Assembly: GCA_965248355.1 (NCBI GenBank)
Contig: OZ252098.1
Coordinates: 5,216,001 to 5,280,000 of the forward strand
Direction: 5' to 3'
Length of the DNA: 64,000 nucleotides
From: Candidatus Latescibacterota bacterium
GTDB lineage: Bacteria > Latescibacterota > UBA2968 > UBA8231
The position numbers were made by a program, and so were the translations under genes. The stretch's first letter is position 1. Each line of letters starts with the position of its first letter. A model generated the notes under the pieces. The model did no database searches and was not told the origin of the DNA. It worked only from the letters and a program-made list of their open reading frames with translations. Positions 28,012 through 37,236 of this stretch are shown here, one piece after another.

Positions 28012-28776
28012 TCAAGCCTGCACCGAGTCGGGCCGCCGTCCCACGGAGGGCGGGGCCATGATGCGGACCTGCTGCTCCGTGGCCCCGGGATAGTCGGCGG
28101 GGTCGTAGTAGGTGTCGCTCCAGGAGGAGTGGCCGGGGCTGTACTTGTAGAGCAGGGCCCGGCGCTCGTGGCCGGCCGTCCAAGGAAGCGTGCCGTGGAT
28201 CAGGGCCTCGGTGAAGATGATGACGTCGCCCGCCTTCGCCGGCGGCTGCCGCACGTAGTGGGCGGGGCGCTCGAAGCGCATCACCTCCCGCGGCACGCCG
28301 GAGCGCAGGTTGGTCTTGTGACTCCCCGGGATGCAGGCGAAGCCGCCGTCCCCGGGACCGCAGTCGCTCAGGTTCCAGGTGAAGACGGTGAGGCCGGTGC
28401 GGATCGTGCCGTCGGGGTAGTACCGGTACCAGTGATCGCCCTCCCCGGACTGGGGCGCCGGACCCCCGTGCAGGTTGCCGCGGGAGGCGCCGGGGCGCAT
28501 GAAGATGCAGTAGTCGTGATCGATGCGGAACTTCGGCCCCAGGAATTCCACCAGGTACGGGAGGATGCGGGGATGGTCGATGAGGTCGCGGAAGGCGGGC
28601 CCCCATTGCGAGACCTTGCTGGTGCGCCGCAGGCCGGCCTCGTCGGGCTCGCCGGTCCAGACCTCGTCGGCCAGCTCGTTCAGCCGCTCCACCTCCCGGC
28701 GGCCGAGCAGGCCGGGCACCACGAGGTATCCTTCGAGATCGAACTGGAACTTCTCCTCCAGGGTCACGCCTGCCAC
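28012..28776 (-). CDS. Phytanoyl-CoA dioxygenase (PhyH) family protein
   Basis: EEKFQFDLEGYLVV, LIDHP, LHGG, GGFACIPGSHK, EALIHGT, RRALLYKY. GTG start at 28776 or 28767. Confidence 0.85.
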   Translation of the reverse strand: MAGVTLEEKFQFDLEGYLVVPGLLGRREVERLNELADEVWTGEPDEAGLRRTSKVSQWGPAFRDLIDHPRILPYLVEFLGPKFRIDHDYCIFMRPGASRGNLHGGPAPQSGEGDHWYRYYPDGTIRTGLTVFTWNLSDCGPGDGGFACIPGSHKTNLRSGVPREVMRFERPAHYVRQPPAKAGDVIIFTEALIHGTLPWTAGHERRALLYKYSPGHSSWSDTYYDPADYPGATEQQVRIMAPPSVGRRPDSVQA

Positions 28777-28815
28777 TAGCCACCGTCCGCCCCGCGCGGC
28801 GCGGGAGATGAAGAG

Positions 28816-31164
28816 ATGACGAAAGAGATCACCGAGGCCGACCTGCAGGCCGCCCTGCCCGATGTGACGTCGCCCCTGTCCCTGCCCGGACTGCGAGAGC
28901 CGGTGCAGGTCTTTCGAGATGCCTGGGGCATCCCCCACATCCGCGCCTCCAACGAGTGGGACCTGTTCTTCGCGCAGGGATTCGTCACCGCCCAGGACCG
29001 CCTCTGGCACATGGACGCCGACCGCCACCAGGCCCTCGGCCGCTGGTCGGAAATCGCCGGCGCCGCCGGCCTCGAGCGCGACCGGCTGCTGCGCGCCGCC
29101 GGCATGGGACGAGCGGCCCGGCGCGATCTCGAGGCCTGCAGTCCGCAGGCCCGCGACATGGTCCGCGCGTACGCCGAAGGCGTCAACGCCTTCATCGCCA
29201 CAACGGATTCCCTGCCGGTGGAATACGCCCTGCTGGAGAGAGAGCCGGAGCCGTGGGAGGACTGGCACTGCGCGGCGGTGTACAAGATCCGCAACACCCT
29301 GCTCGGGACGTTTGAGGCGAAGCTGTTCCGCACGCGGCTGGCGGCCCTGGGCCTGGCGGAACCACTGGCCAAGCTAATGAAGGGGTATCCGCCCGGCAAT
29401 CTGCTCACCGTCCCTCCCGGGGCGGAGTACGAGGGGCCCCTCCTGGACGGCCTGGAGAGTCTCGACGCCGCCGTGCGGGAGGCCAACTGGCTCGGCGAGA
29501 TCGAGCCCGGTTCCAACGGCTGGTCCATCTCCGGCGGGCTCACGGCCTCGGGCGCGCCCCTGGTGGCCGGCGATTCCCACCGCGGCCTGGACGTGCCCTC
29601 CGTCTACTACCAGGTGCACCTGGCATGTCCCACGATTCACGTCATCGGCCACTCGGTGCCGGGCATGCCGGGGGCCCTCCACTTCTGCCACAACGAGCGC
29701 GTCGCCTGGGGCATGACCCACGGCGGCGCCGATACACAAGATCTGTTCATCGAGCGTTTCCGCGAAATCGCCGGGGGCCTGGAATACGAGTTCAAGGGTG
29801 AGTGGCTGCCCGCCGAGGTCCGGCGCGAATCGATCGAGGTCCGCGGCGCTCCGTCCGAGCCCATGGAAGTCACCACGACCCATCACGGACCCGTGATCGC
29901 CGGGGACCCGGCCGCCGGGTACGGCATCGCCATCGGCGACCCGGGCCTGCGGGAAGGCACCGCGTGGCTGGACGCCGCCCGCGACGCCATGAGGGCGGAG
30001 AGCGTCGCCGATCTGCACCACGCCTTCCGCAACTGGACCGACCGCGTCAACAACTACGCCGTGGGCGACGTGGAGGGGAACTTCGGCTACCTGCACGAGG
30101 GGCTGATCCCCGTCCGGGGCGAGGCCAACGGCTGGCGGGCCGTGCCGGGCTGGAGCGGCGACCACGAGTGGGACGGCTACATACCCCACGACGAGCTGCC
30201 CAAGGCGCTCAACCCTGAGTGCGGGTACACCGTCACCTGCAACCAGCGCGTCGCCGGCCACGACTATCCCTACTACGTGGGCCTGAACTTCTCCCACGAC
30301 TTCCGGGCCCGCCGGGTGCAGGCCCATCTGCTCGCCCTGCAGCCCGGTGGCGCTACCATCGACGACATGGCGGCCATCCACGCCGACATGATCTCCAACC
30401 CCGCGCGGGTGCTCTGCGGGGTGGTGGGCTCCGTCGAAGGACTGGAAGGCCGCACCGCCGAGGCCGCGCAGGTCCTGATAAACTGGGACGGCCGCGTCGA
30501 CCGCGATCAGGTGGCGCCCACCATCCACGCGGAAGTGAGAAAGCAGATGATTCTGCGCGTGGTGGAGGAGCTGTTCGGCGAGGCGGCGGCGGAGGTGCTC
30601 TCCGGCGCCGCCGGATCCGACTCCGTTCTGCGTGAGACGGTGCTGGCCCTGCACCAGGCGATGGAACGGAACGACCCGTGCGCGCTCCCCGTCTCCGTTG
30701 GCGACTGGAGCAGCCTCGTCGTCCCGGCGCTGGAGAGAGCCGTCGACGCCCTCGCCGAAGAGCTGGGAGAGGAGATCTCCACCTGGACCTGGGGCCGCCT
30801 GCACCGCACCCGGCCGCGCCATCCCTTGTCCGACGCGTATCCCCAGTGCGCCGAGTGGCTAGATCCGCCGTCCCTGGCCGTCCACGGCGACTCCGACACC
30901 CCCTTGGCGGGAAGCTTCCCGCCCAAGGGCCCCTTCACCGTCACCGGTCTCTCCGTCAACCGCTACATCCACGATCCCTCCGACTGGAGCCGCTCCCTCT
31001 GGATCGTGCCCCTGGGGGCCTCCGGCCACCCGGGCAGCCCCCACTACGCCGACCAGGCGAGAAAGTGGGCGGACCTGGAGTACATCCCGCAGCTGTGGGA
31101 GTGGGCGCGGATCGAGGCCGAGGCGGAGTCGGTGCAGGTGCTCAGGCCGGGGGCTCGCGGGTAG
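28816..31164 (+). CDS. Penicillin acylase family Ntn hydrolase (S45)
   Basis: RDAWGIPHI, QGFVTAQDRLW, GSNGW (beta-chain Ser), GDSH, GASGHPGSPHYADQ. Confidence 0.92.
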   Translation: MTKEITEADLQAALPDVTSPLSLPGLREPVQVFRDAWGIPHIRASNEWDLFFAQGFVTAQDRLWHMDADRHQALGRWSEIAGAAGLERDRLLRAAGMGRAARRDLEACSPQARDMVRAYAEGVNAFIATTDSLPVEYALLEREPEPWEDWHCAAVYKIRNTLLGTFEAKLFRTRLAALGLAEPLAKLMKGYPPGNLLTVPPGAEYEGPLLDGLESLDAAVREANWLGEIEPGSNGWSISGGLTASGAPLVAGDSHRGLDVPSVYYQVHLACPTIHVIGHSVPGMPGALHFCHNERVAWGMTHGGADTQDLFIERFREIAGGLEYEFKGEWLPAEVRRESIEVRGAPSEPMEVTTTHHGPVIAGDPAAGYGIAIGDPGLREGTAWLDAARDAMRAESVADLHHAFRNWTDRVNNYAVGDVEGNFGYLHEGLIPVRGEANGWRAVPGWSGDHEWDGYIPHDELPKALNPECGYTVTCNQRVAGHDYPYYVGLNFSHDFRARRVQAHLLALQPGGATIDDMAAIHADMISNPARVLCGVVGSVEGLEGRTAEAAQVLINWDGRVDRDQVAPTIHAEVRKQMILRVVEELFGEAAAEVLSGAAGSDSVLRETVLALHQAMERNDPCALPVSVGDWSSLVVPALERAVDALAEELGEEISTWTWGRLHRTRPRHPLSDAYPQCAEWLDPPSLAVHGDSDTPLAGSFPPKGPFTVTGLSVNRYIHDPSDWSRSLWIVPLGASGHPGSPHYADQARKWADLEYIPQLWEWARIEAEAESVQVLRPGARG

Positions 31165-31314
31165 CCGCGCCTTCCAAGGGATTGGCGGGATGGATGCCCC
31201 GCTGGGGCAGCACAAAGTGGTCGTCTTCAGCCGCCCCTTGGGTATATTCCCGTGTGAACGAGAACCTGTCTCAGATTATGGCACCGGACCCGCATAGCAT
31301 CTGAGGCGCCCCTG

Positions 31315-33094
31315 ATGCCACTGCCGATCCTTCCAGCCATCCTCCTGGGCCTGACGGCGCTCGGGATTCCCGCAACGGCGGAGGAGACCGAGTTCCCCTT
31401 CGCCGCAGGAACCGACCGCGCCGGCCGGGCTCAGGCGGTGAGCGATGCCGCCGGCCGGGTGATGATCGAGTCGCCGGAGTTTCCTCGCGGCGTATGGGTG
31501 CATCTCGCAGACGAAGCGGGGCAGGCGCTGGCCGGCATCCAGGTGGAGTTTCAGGGCCGGGCCGACAGCCTGGTGGCCATCTGGTGCGTCGACCCGTCCG
31601 GCCTGCGGCAGGAAACCGTTCTCTGGACCCGCCCCGGGGCCGACACTCGGCGCCTGGCCCTCCAGGACGCGGACCCAGCTGGCCTGACACCGGAGCTCAC
31701 CTCCATCGACTGGCGCATCGACCCGGGCGCCGAAGAGTTGCTGGACCGGGTGGAAGGGCCGGAGCTCGTCGGGTGGGAGGCGGCGACGGCCTTCCTGCAG
31801 GAGCGTTGGCGGGGGCGCACGGGGCGAGTGGTGGTGCAGGTCGACAGCAGTACCGCCCTGGCGGTGGACTTGGCTCACCCTGAGGCTGTAACCCGGCTGG
31901 TCGATCACCTCCAGGGCCAGGTCCAGTCAACGCTGGGAGGTGCGAGACCCTTTGTCGGACAAGTACTCCTGCGTCCATACGCGTTTGGCGGGGACCTGGC
32001 TCTCCCTGGGGACCTGATCCTCCTCACCACTTCCTTCGTCCTGATCCCGGGATCCGAGTTTGAAAGGTGGGTATTGAAGGGACTGAGAAGGTCCAGTGGC
32101 CCGGTTACCTGGTCGGAAGCCTCCGCCCTGAGAGAGCTCAATCTCGGTCGCCAGCAAATCGTCGACGTGAGTCCCCTGGCCGCCCTGACCGGGTTGGAAC
32201 GCCTGATTCTGAATGACAACGAGATACCCGATGTGAGCTCTCTTGCGCACTTGGCCGGCTTGCGAGTCCTGGAGCTGAACAAGAACCGGATCGTCGATGT
32301 GAGCCCTCTCTCCGGCCTGACCCGCCTGGTAGAGTTGCGGCTGGGTGCGAACCAGGTCGTCGATGTGAGCCCCTTGTCCGGCCTGTCCAACCTGGAACAG
32401 CTGGATCTGTGGCACAACGAGATCATCGATGTGACCTCTCTGGGCGTCTTGGCCAGCTTGCGGTCGCTGCACCTGGGCTACAACGAGATCGTCGATCCAA
32501 GCCCCCTGGCGGCGTTGACCAACCTGGAAAATCTGGCGATATGGAACAACGAAATTGCCGATGCGGGCCCTCTGGCCGCCTTGAACAACCTCACATTCCT
32601 GGGTCTGAGCGGGAACCCGGTCGTCGATGTGAGCGCTCTGTCTGCCTTGACCCAACCTGACGGATCTTGACCTGGTCCGGAACGAGATCGTCGACGTGAG
32701 TCCCTTGGCCTCCCTGACCGGCTTGAGAACGCTGTTCCTGACTGACAACGAGATCGTTGATGTGAGTCCCCTGGCCTCCCTGACCGACTTGGAAGAGCTG
32801 GGGCTGTCCAGGAACCGGATCGTCGATATGAGTCCCCTGGCCTCCCTGACCGGCTTGATAACCCTGTTCCTGAATTACAACGAGATCACCGATGTGAGCC
32901 CACTGGCCTCCCTGACCAACCTGGCCTGGCTGTGGCTGCGTGGCAACGAGATTGAGGACATCAGTCCCCTGGTAGCCAACACCGGACTGCGAAAAGGCGA
33001 CGAGTTGGACTTGCGAGACAACCCCCTCAGCGGCCTCGCCATCAAGGAGCAGGTCCGCGCCTTGAGAGACCGGGGCGTCATGGTCTCCTGGTGA
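31315..33094 (+). pseudogene. Secreted internalin-like LRR protein, split by a +1 frameshift at about 32651-32653
   Basis: Signal peptide, an N-domain of about 250 aa, then 22-aa LRRs. ACCCAAC in place of ACCAAC joins ORFs 31315-32670 and 32696-33094 into one gene ending in the LVANTGL...LDLRDNPLS...RGV cap. Confidence 0.8.
32128..32990 (+). repeat. About 13 tandem 66-bp LRR-coding repeats
   Basis: Recurrent aacgagatcgtcgatgtgag(c/t)cc(c/t)ctggcc...ctgacc; consensus LxxLxLxxNxIVDVSPLASLTxL. Confidence 0.85.
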
Positions 33095-34141
33095 GTGGAC
33101 CTCCGACCCGGCCTGTCCCGCCCCTCGTCCGAGCCGGAGTTTTTCTGTCCCTGACCGCCACCGCCACGGCGGCGCAGACGGAGTTCCCCTATGCCGCCGG
33201 CACCGACAGCACCGGCCGCGCGCAGGCGGTGAGCGATGCCGCCGGCCGGGTGCTGATCGAGTCGCCGGAGTTCCCCCGCGGCCTGTGGCTGGACCTGGCG
33301 GACGAGGCGGGACAGGCGGTGGCCGGCATGCAGGTTGAGTACCAGGGCCGGGCGGACAGCCTGATAGCCCTTCGCTGCGTCGATCCGTCCGGTTTGCTCC
33401 AGGAGACGCTGCTGTGGGCGCGCCCCGGAGGGGACCCCCTGCGCCTCGCGCTGAGGACCAGTGAGCCCGCAGACCTGCCGGCGGGACTGGCCGCCATCGA
33501 CTGGCGGGTCCAGCCGGGCGCTGAGATGCTGGTGCAGGAGGAAGGGCAGGAGCTCACGGGCTGGGAGGCGGTAACCGCCTTTCTGCAAGAGCGCTGGCGG
33601 GGCCGCACGGGGCGGGTGGCGGTACAGATCGACAGCAACACCGCACTGGCTCTTGACCTGGCGCACGCGGAGCCTGCCGCCCGGTTGGTCGACTACCTCC
33701 AAGACCAATACCGGAGATCACTGGGAGAAGTGAGCGGCTTTCTTGTAGGTACTCCTGAGTCCCTACGCACTGGGCGAAAACCTGGCTCTCCTCGAGGACT
33801 CGATTGCTCTCACCACGTCCTTCGTTCTGGTCCCGGGATCGGACTTGGAAAAGTGGGTATTGACGAGACTGCGCAGATCCAGGGGTCCGGTTACCTTGTC
33901 GGAAGCCTCTGCCTTGACAAGACTCGATCTCACATGGCATCAGATCGTGGACGTGAGCCCTCTGGTCTTTCTGACCAGCTTGGAGAGTCTGGGGCTGTCC
34001 GAAAACCGGATCGTCGATGTGAGTCCTCTGGCCTCCCTGACCCGCCTGAAATGGCTGCGCCTTGGCAACAACGAGATCGCAGAGTTGAGCCCTCTGGCTT
34101 CCTTGACCCGCCTGGAATGGCTGATCCTGAGGGAGAACCGG
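33091..34141 (+). pseudogene. Second LRR paralogue (frameshift at about 33748, truncated after about 3.5 LRRs, fused in frame to the AAA ATPase)
   Basis: N-domain nearly collinear with the 31315 gene (TEFPYAAGTD...GRAQAVSDAAGRV.IESPEFPRG). Alignment with the paralogue shows 2 nt missing at GTA-G-GTA-CTC-CTG. Confidence 0.75.
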
Positions 34142-36160
34142 CGCCTGCACCACACCAGTCCGGGAGCGAAGAGTCTCGCCGAGTGGGTCGGCGAGAACGG
34201 GGAGCTTCTCGAACTCGAGGATGATGGAGAAGAGGAGGAGGATGACCCGCAGGTGTACGAGAGAAAGCTGTCCGCGAGGGAATGGCGGCGCCTGAGGGAG
34301 ACTCTCGAGGGGGCCCACTCCGTCTGCGAAGGGGCTCCGCCCGACCGCACGGCGCAGCGGCTCCGGCTTCTCGGACGGGAGATGGACCTGGCGACGGAGG
34401 ACGTGGCCATCCTCGAGTTGCTGTTGCGCTACCGCGCCCAGCCGGCCCTGGAGTCGCTGATCGATGCCGTCGGTGATGGTCTCCGGCGCCACAGGTTGAC
34501 TCTCAACGTCACCAACCCCTACTTGGTCTGCCTTCTCGGCCTGTCGTCCGGCGCCTTCCTGTCCCGTTTCACGGCGGACGCGCCGCTCATGAAGGCCGGG
34601 CTCGTCTCCGTCGACTACGATGGCGACCTGGAGCCCGTCAAGAGGCTGTACCGGCTGGTCCACCTCCCCGACGAAGACGGCCTCGATGTGCGGGGCCTGC
34701 TGCTCGACGCGGCGGCGCCGGGAGAGCTGGAGTGGTCGGACTTCGATCACCTGGCGGAGGAGCGGGACCACATCGAAAAGGTCGTGAAGGGCGCTCTGCG
34801 CTCCGGCGCCAGGGGGGTGAACGTCCTGGTATACGGCCCGCCGGGGACGGGCAAGACCGAGTTCTGCAAGAGCCTGGCCGCCCGGCTCGGGACGAACCTC
34901 TACAGCGTCGGCGAGGTGGACGAAGAGGGCGACGAGCCGGCCCGGCGCGAGCGGCTCCAGGACCTCCGGTTCGCCCAGCGCCTGCTGGCCGGGGGCCGCG
35001 GGTCGGTGCTGCTCTTCGACGAGATGGAGGACCTGCTCTCGGACCCGGGCCCGGGCTGGATGCCGTTCGCTCCCTTCGGCTCTTCCAAGCTGCGGTCCGG
35101 CGGCTCCAAGGTGTTCCTGAACCGCCTCCTCGAACGCGCGCCCGTGCCCACCCTGTGGACCTCGAACTCCGCCCGCGAGACCTGTCCCACCGTCCTGCGC
35201 CGCATGACCTTCGCCCTGGAGCTTCGGCCGCCGCCGTGCCGGACCCGGGCGCGCATCTGGAGCCGGGAGCTGGCCCGCCACGGGATCGAGGCGGCCGAGG
35301 AGGACGCGCACTCGCTGGCCCGGGAGTTCGAGGTGGCGCCGGGACTGGCCTCCGGGGCCGTGGCCGCGGCCCGTCTCTGCGGCGGCGACCTGGCCGCGGT
35401 GCGCCGCGGCGTGCGCAGCCTGTCCCGGGTGATCTCGGGCGAGAAGCCGCCCGTGGGGCAGGGGGCGCCTGAAAGGTTCGACCCCGCCCTGATCCGGGCC
35501 GACGTCGACCCGGTCCGGCTCGCCGAGCGCCTCGAAGGGACCGGCAAGAAACGCTTCTCCCTCTGCCTGCAGGGGCCGCCCGGCACCGGCAAGAGCGCCT
35601 TCGTCCGCTATCTGGCCGAACGCCTCGGCCTGCAGGTCACCCAGAAGCGGGCCTCCGACCTGATGTCCATGTGGGTGGGACAGACCGAGCAGCAGATCGC
35701 CGCCGCCTTCGCCGAGGCCCGCGCCGAGGAGTCCATCCTCGTCTTCGACGAGGCCGACTCGCTGCTGGCCGACCGCCGCGGCGCCGTCCGCTCCTGGGAG
35801 GTCAGCCAGGTCAACGAGATGCTGACCTGGATGGAGAACCACCCCCTGCCCTTCGCGTGCACCACCAACTTCGGCGAGCACCTCGACCCCGCCACCCTGC
35901 GGCGCTTCACCTTCAAGATCGCCCTGGGCTACCTCACGTCCGCCCAGTCGGGAGCCGCCTTCCGCGCCTATTTCGAGGTCGAGGCCCCGCCCGAAGTCGA
36001 GGAGCTCACCACCCTGACCCCGGGCGATTTCGCGGTGGTGCGCCGCAAGGCGGAGATCCTCGACCACCTGCAGGAGCCGAAGGCCCTGGCCGGATTGCTG
36101 CGCGCCGAGTGCGAGGCCAAGCCGGGCCACCGCGGCAAGATCGGATTCCGGAACCTCTGA
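34142..36160 (+). CDS. Tandem (two-module) AAA+ ATPase, N-terminus replaced by LRR sequence (ORF 33845-36160)
   Basis: VNVLVYGPPGTGKT/LLFDEMED and LCLQGPPGTGKS/LVFDEADS, ACTTN, LDPATLRRF; C-terminal KIGF. Confidence 0.88.
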   Translation, partial: RLHHTSPGAKSLAEWVGENGELLELEDDGEEEEDDPQVYERKLSAREWRRLRETLEGAHSVCEGAPPDRTAQRLRLLGREMDLATEDVAILELLLRYRAQPALESLIDAVGDGLRRHRLTLNVTNPYLVCLLGLSSGAFLSRFTADAPLMKAGLVSVDYDGDLEPVKRLYRLVHLPDEDGLDVRGLLLDAAAPGELEWSDFDHLAEERDHIEKVVKGALRSGARGVNVLVYGPPGTGKTEFCKSLAARLGTNLYSVGEVDEEGDEPARRERLQDLRFAQRLLAGGRGSVLLFDEMEDLLSDPGPGWMPFAPFGSSKLRSGGSKVFLNRLLERAPVPTLWTSNSARETCPTVLRRMTFALELRPPPCRTRARIWSRELARHGIEAAEEDAHSLAREFEVAPGLASGAVAAARLCGGDLAAVRRGVRSLSRVISGEKPPVGQGAPERFDPALIRADVDPVRLAERLEGTGKKRFSLCLQGPPGTGKSAFVRYLAERLGLQVTQKRASDLMSMWVGQTEQQIAAAFAEARAEESILVFDEADSLLADRRGAVRSWEVSQVNEMLTWMENHPLPFACTTNFGEHLDPATLRRFTFKIALGYLTSAQSGAAFRAYFEVEAPPEVEELTTLTPGDFAVVRRKAEILDHLQEPKALAGLLRAECEAKPGHRGKIGFRNL

Positions 36161-36259
36161 GCGGCTGATGGGTATATTCTGAGATAGAGCGGCAGCGTCT
36201 GCCCCGATCCACGCGTGCCCACGTAGGCGGCCGCAGGCACCGCAACGAGGAGGCTTCCC

Positions 36260-37054
36260 ATGCCCACCCGATACATCGCATCTCTCCTCCTGCCGGCCCT
36301 GATCCTGGCCGGCTGCGACCGTTCCACGGACCCCGACGAAGGATACCTCGAGATACGGGAGGTGACCGTCGGCCCCGCCCTGGCCAAGTGCTACGGCGTG
36401 GGCCTGCAGTCCTGCATGGTGGTGGACGGCGGGTTCTTCTACGATGGCATCGAAGGCTTCGAGTACGAGCCCGGCTACGACTATCGCCTGCGCATCGGGA
36501 AATACGATCCCTGGGACGGGAAGGAGCCGCCCCAGGATGCCGGCCAGTACGCCTACCGCCTGCTGGAGCAACTGCAGAAGACCCCGGCACCATCCACCCC
36601 CGCGACCTTGTCCGTGGGCCCGGCGCGGGTGACATGCGCCGGCAGCGACGACTTCTGCATGGTGGTGGACGGCGTCCCGTACGACGACATGATCACCAGC
36701 TTCGAGTACGAAGCCGGCTACCACTACATCCTCGAGGTCAACAGGTATGCCGACGGCCGCTACCTGCTGAGTGAGATCACCTCGAGGAGCGAAGCGTCGG
36801 GTGCGGAGGAGGAGATCACAGTGGATGCCCACAGGGTCGAGTGCGGCGACGGCTATCCCGGGTACTGCAAGGTCGTCAACGGCGCCCCCTTCCGCGGCGA
36901 GATCGTGGGCTTCCACCCCTGGCACGACTACGGCTACCGTCTCCGCGTCGAGAGGTTCAGCATGTTCGTGGACGGCGCGGAAGCCTCGTCGGCCCATGTC
37001 CCGGCCCACGGCTACCGCTGGCTGGAGACCCTGGAGCGCACTCCCAGGGAGTGA
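36260..37054 (+). CDS. Lipoprotein with three DUF4377-like repeats
   Basis: LILAGC lipobox; three units VGP..C.G....C.VVDG..(F/Y)...I.GF.YE.GY.Y.L; GAGGAGG RBS. Confidence 0.8.
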   Translation: MPTRYIASLLLPALILAGCDRSTDPDEGYLEIREVTVGPALAKCYGVGLQSCMVVDGGFFYDGIEGFEYEPGYDYRLRIGKYDPWDGKEPPQDAGQYAYRLLEQLQKTPAPSTPATLSVGPARVTCAGSDDFCMVVDGVPYDDMITSFEYEAGYHYILEVNRYADGRYLLSEITSRSEASGAEEEITVDAHRVECGDGYPGYCKVVNGAPFRGEIVGFHPWHDYGYRLRVERFSMFVDGAEASSAHVPAHGYRWLETLERTPRE

Positions 37055-37143
37055 TTCGCCCCTGACCTGCCACAGGTGAGCACCGGCTGGCTCGAGTCGA
37101 CTCGGGCCGGCCGATTGTCGTTCTGGTGCAGGCCGGGCGAATC
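37053..37143. repeat. About 90-bp imperfect palindrome immediately after the stop codon
   Basis: gattcgccc..cctgc...cggctggctcgagtc | gactcgggccggccg...gcagg..gggcgaatc. Confidence 0.65.
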
Positions 37144-37170
37144 GCCCTCCCGCTGAGAAAGCTGCTGACC

Positions 37171-37204
37171 TGCGACGCGATCTGTCGCACCTCCTGCGCA
37201 GGTT
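37171..37204 (+). promoter_or_regulatory. Palindromic operator/promoter element, copy 1
   Basis: TGCGAC-gcgatct-GTCGCA-cctcctgcg-CAGGTT, upstream of the 37237 gene. Confidence 0.7.
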
Positions 37205-37236
37205 CATCCATGAACCCGAAAAAAGGAGGTGTCCAG

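Noticed and set aside
23998..28061. Very long alternative ORFs (1254 aa on -, 1297 aa on +), and similarly 33554-37207 (-) and 57471-61283 (-)
   Set aside because: Arg/Pro/Gly-rich or antisense frames typical of high-GC DNA; the overlapping frames carry the real family motifs.
31270..31305. Hairpin ctcagat-tatg...cata-gc-atctgag covering the RBS of the LRR gene
   Set aside because: Could be regulatory but matches no riboswitch I recognise; a single weak instance.
32128..32990. Regular repeats as a possible CRISPR array
   Set aside because: The 66-bp period is in frame and encodes LRRs; there are no unique spacers and no cas genes.
33845..36160. Calling the LRR-ATPase a bacterial NLR/STAND (Avs) system
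   Set aside because: The ATPase motifs are classical AAA (GPPGTGKT, DE, TTN, RRF), not NACHT/NB-ARC, and the junction looks like a deletion.
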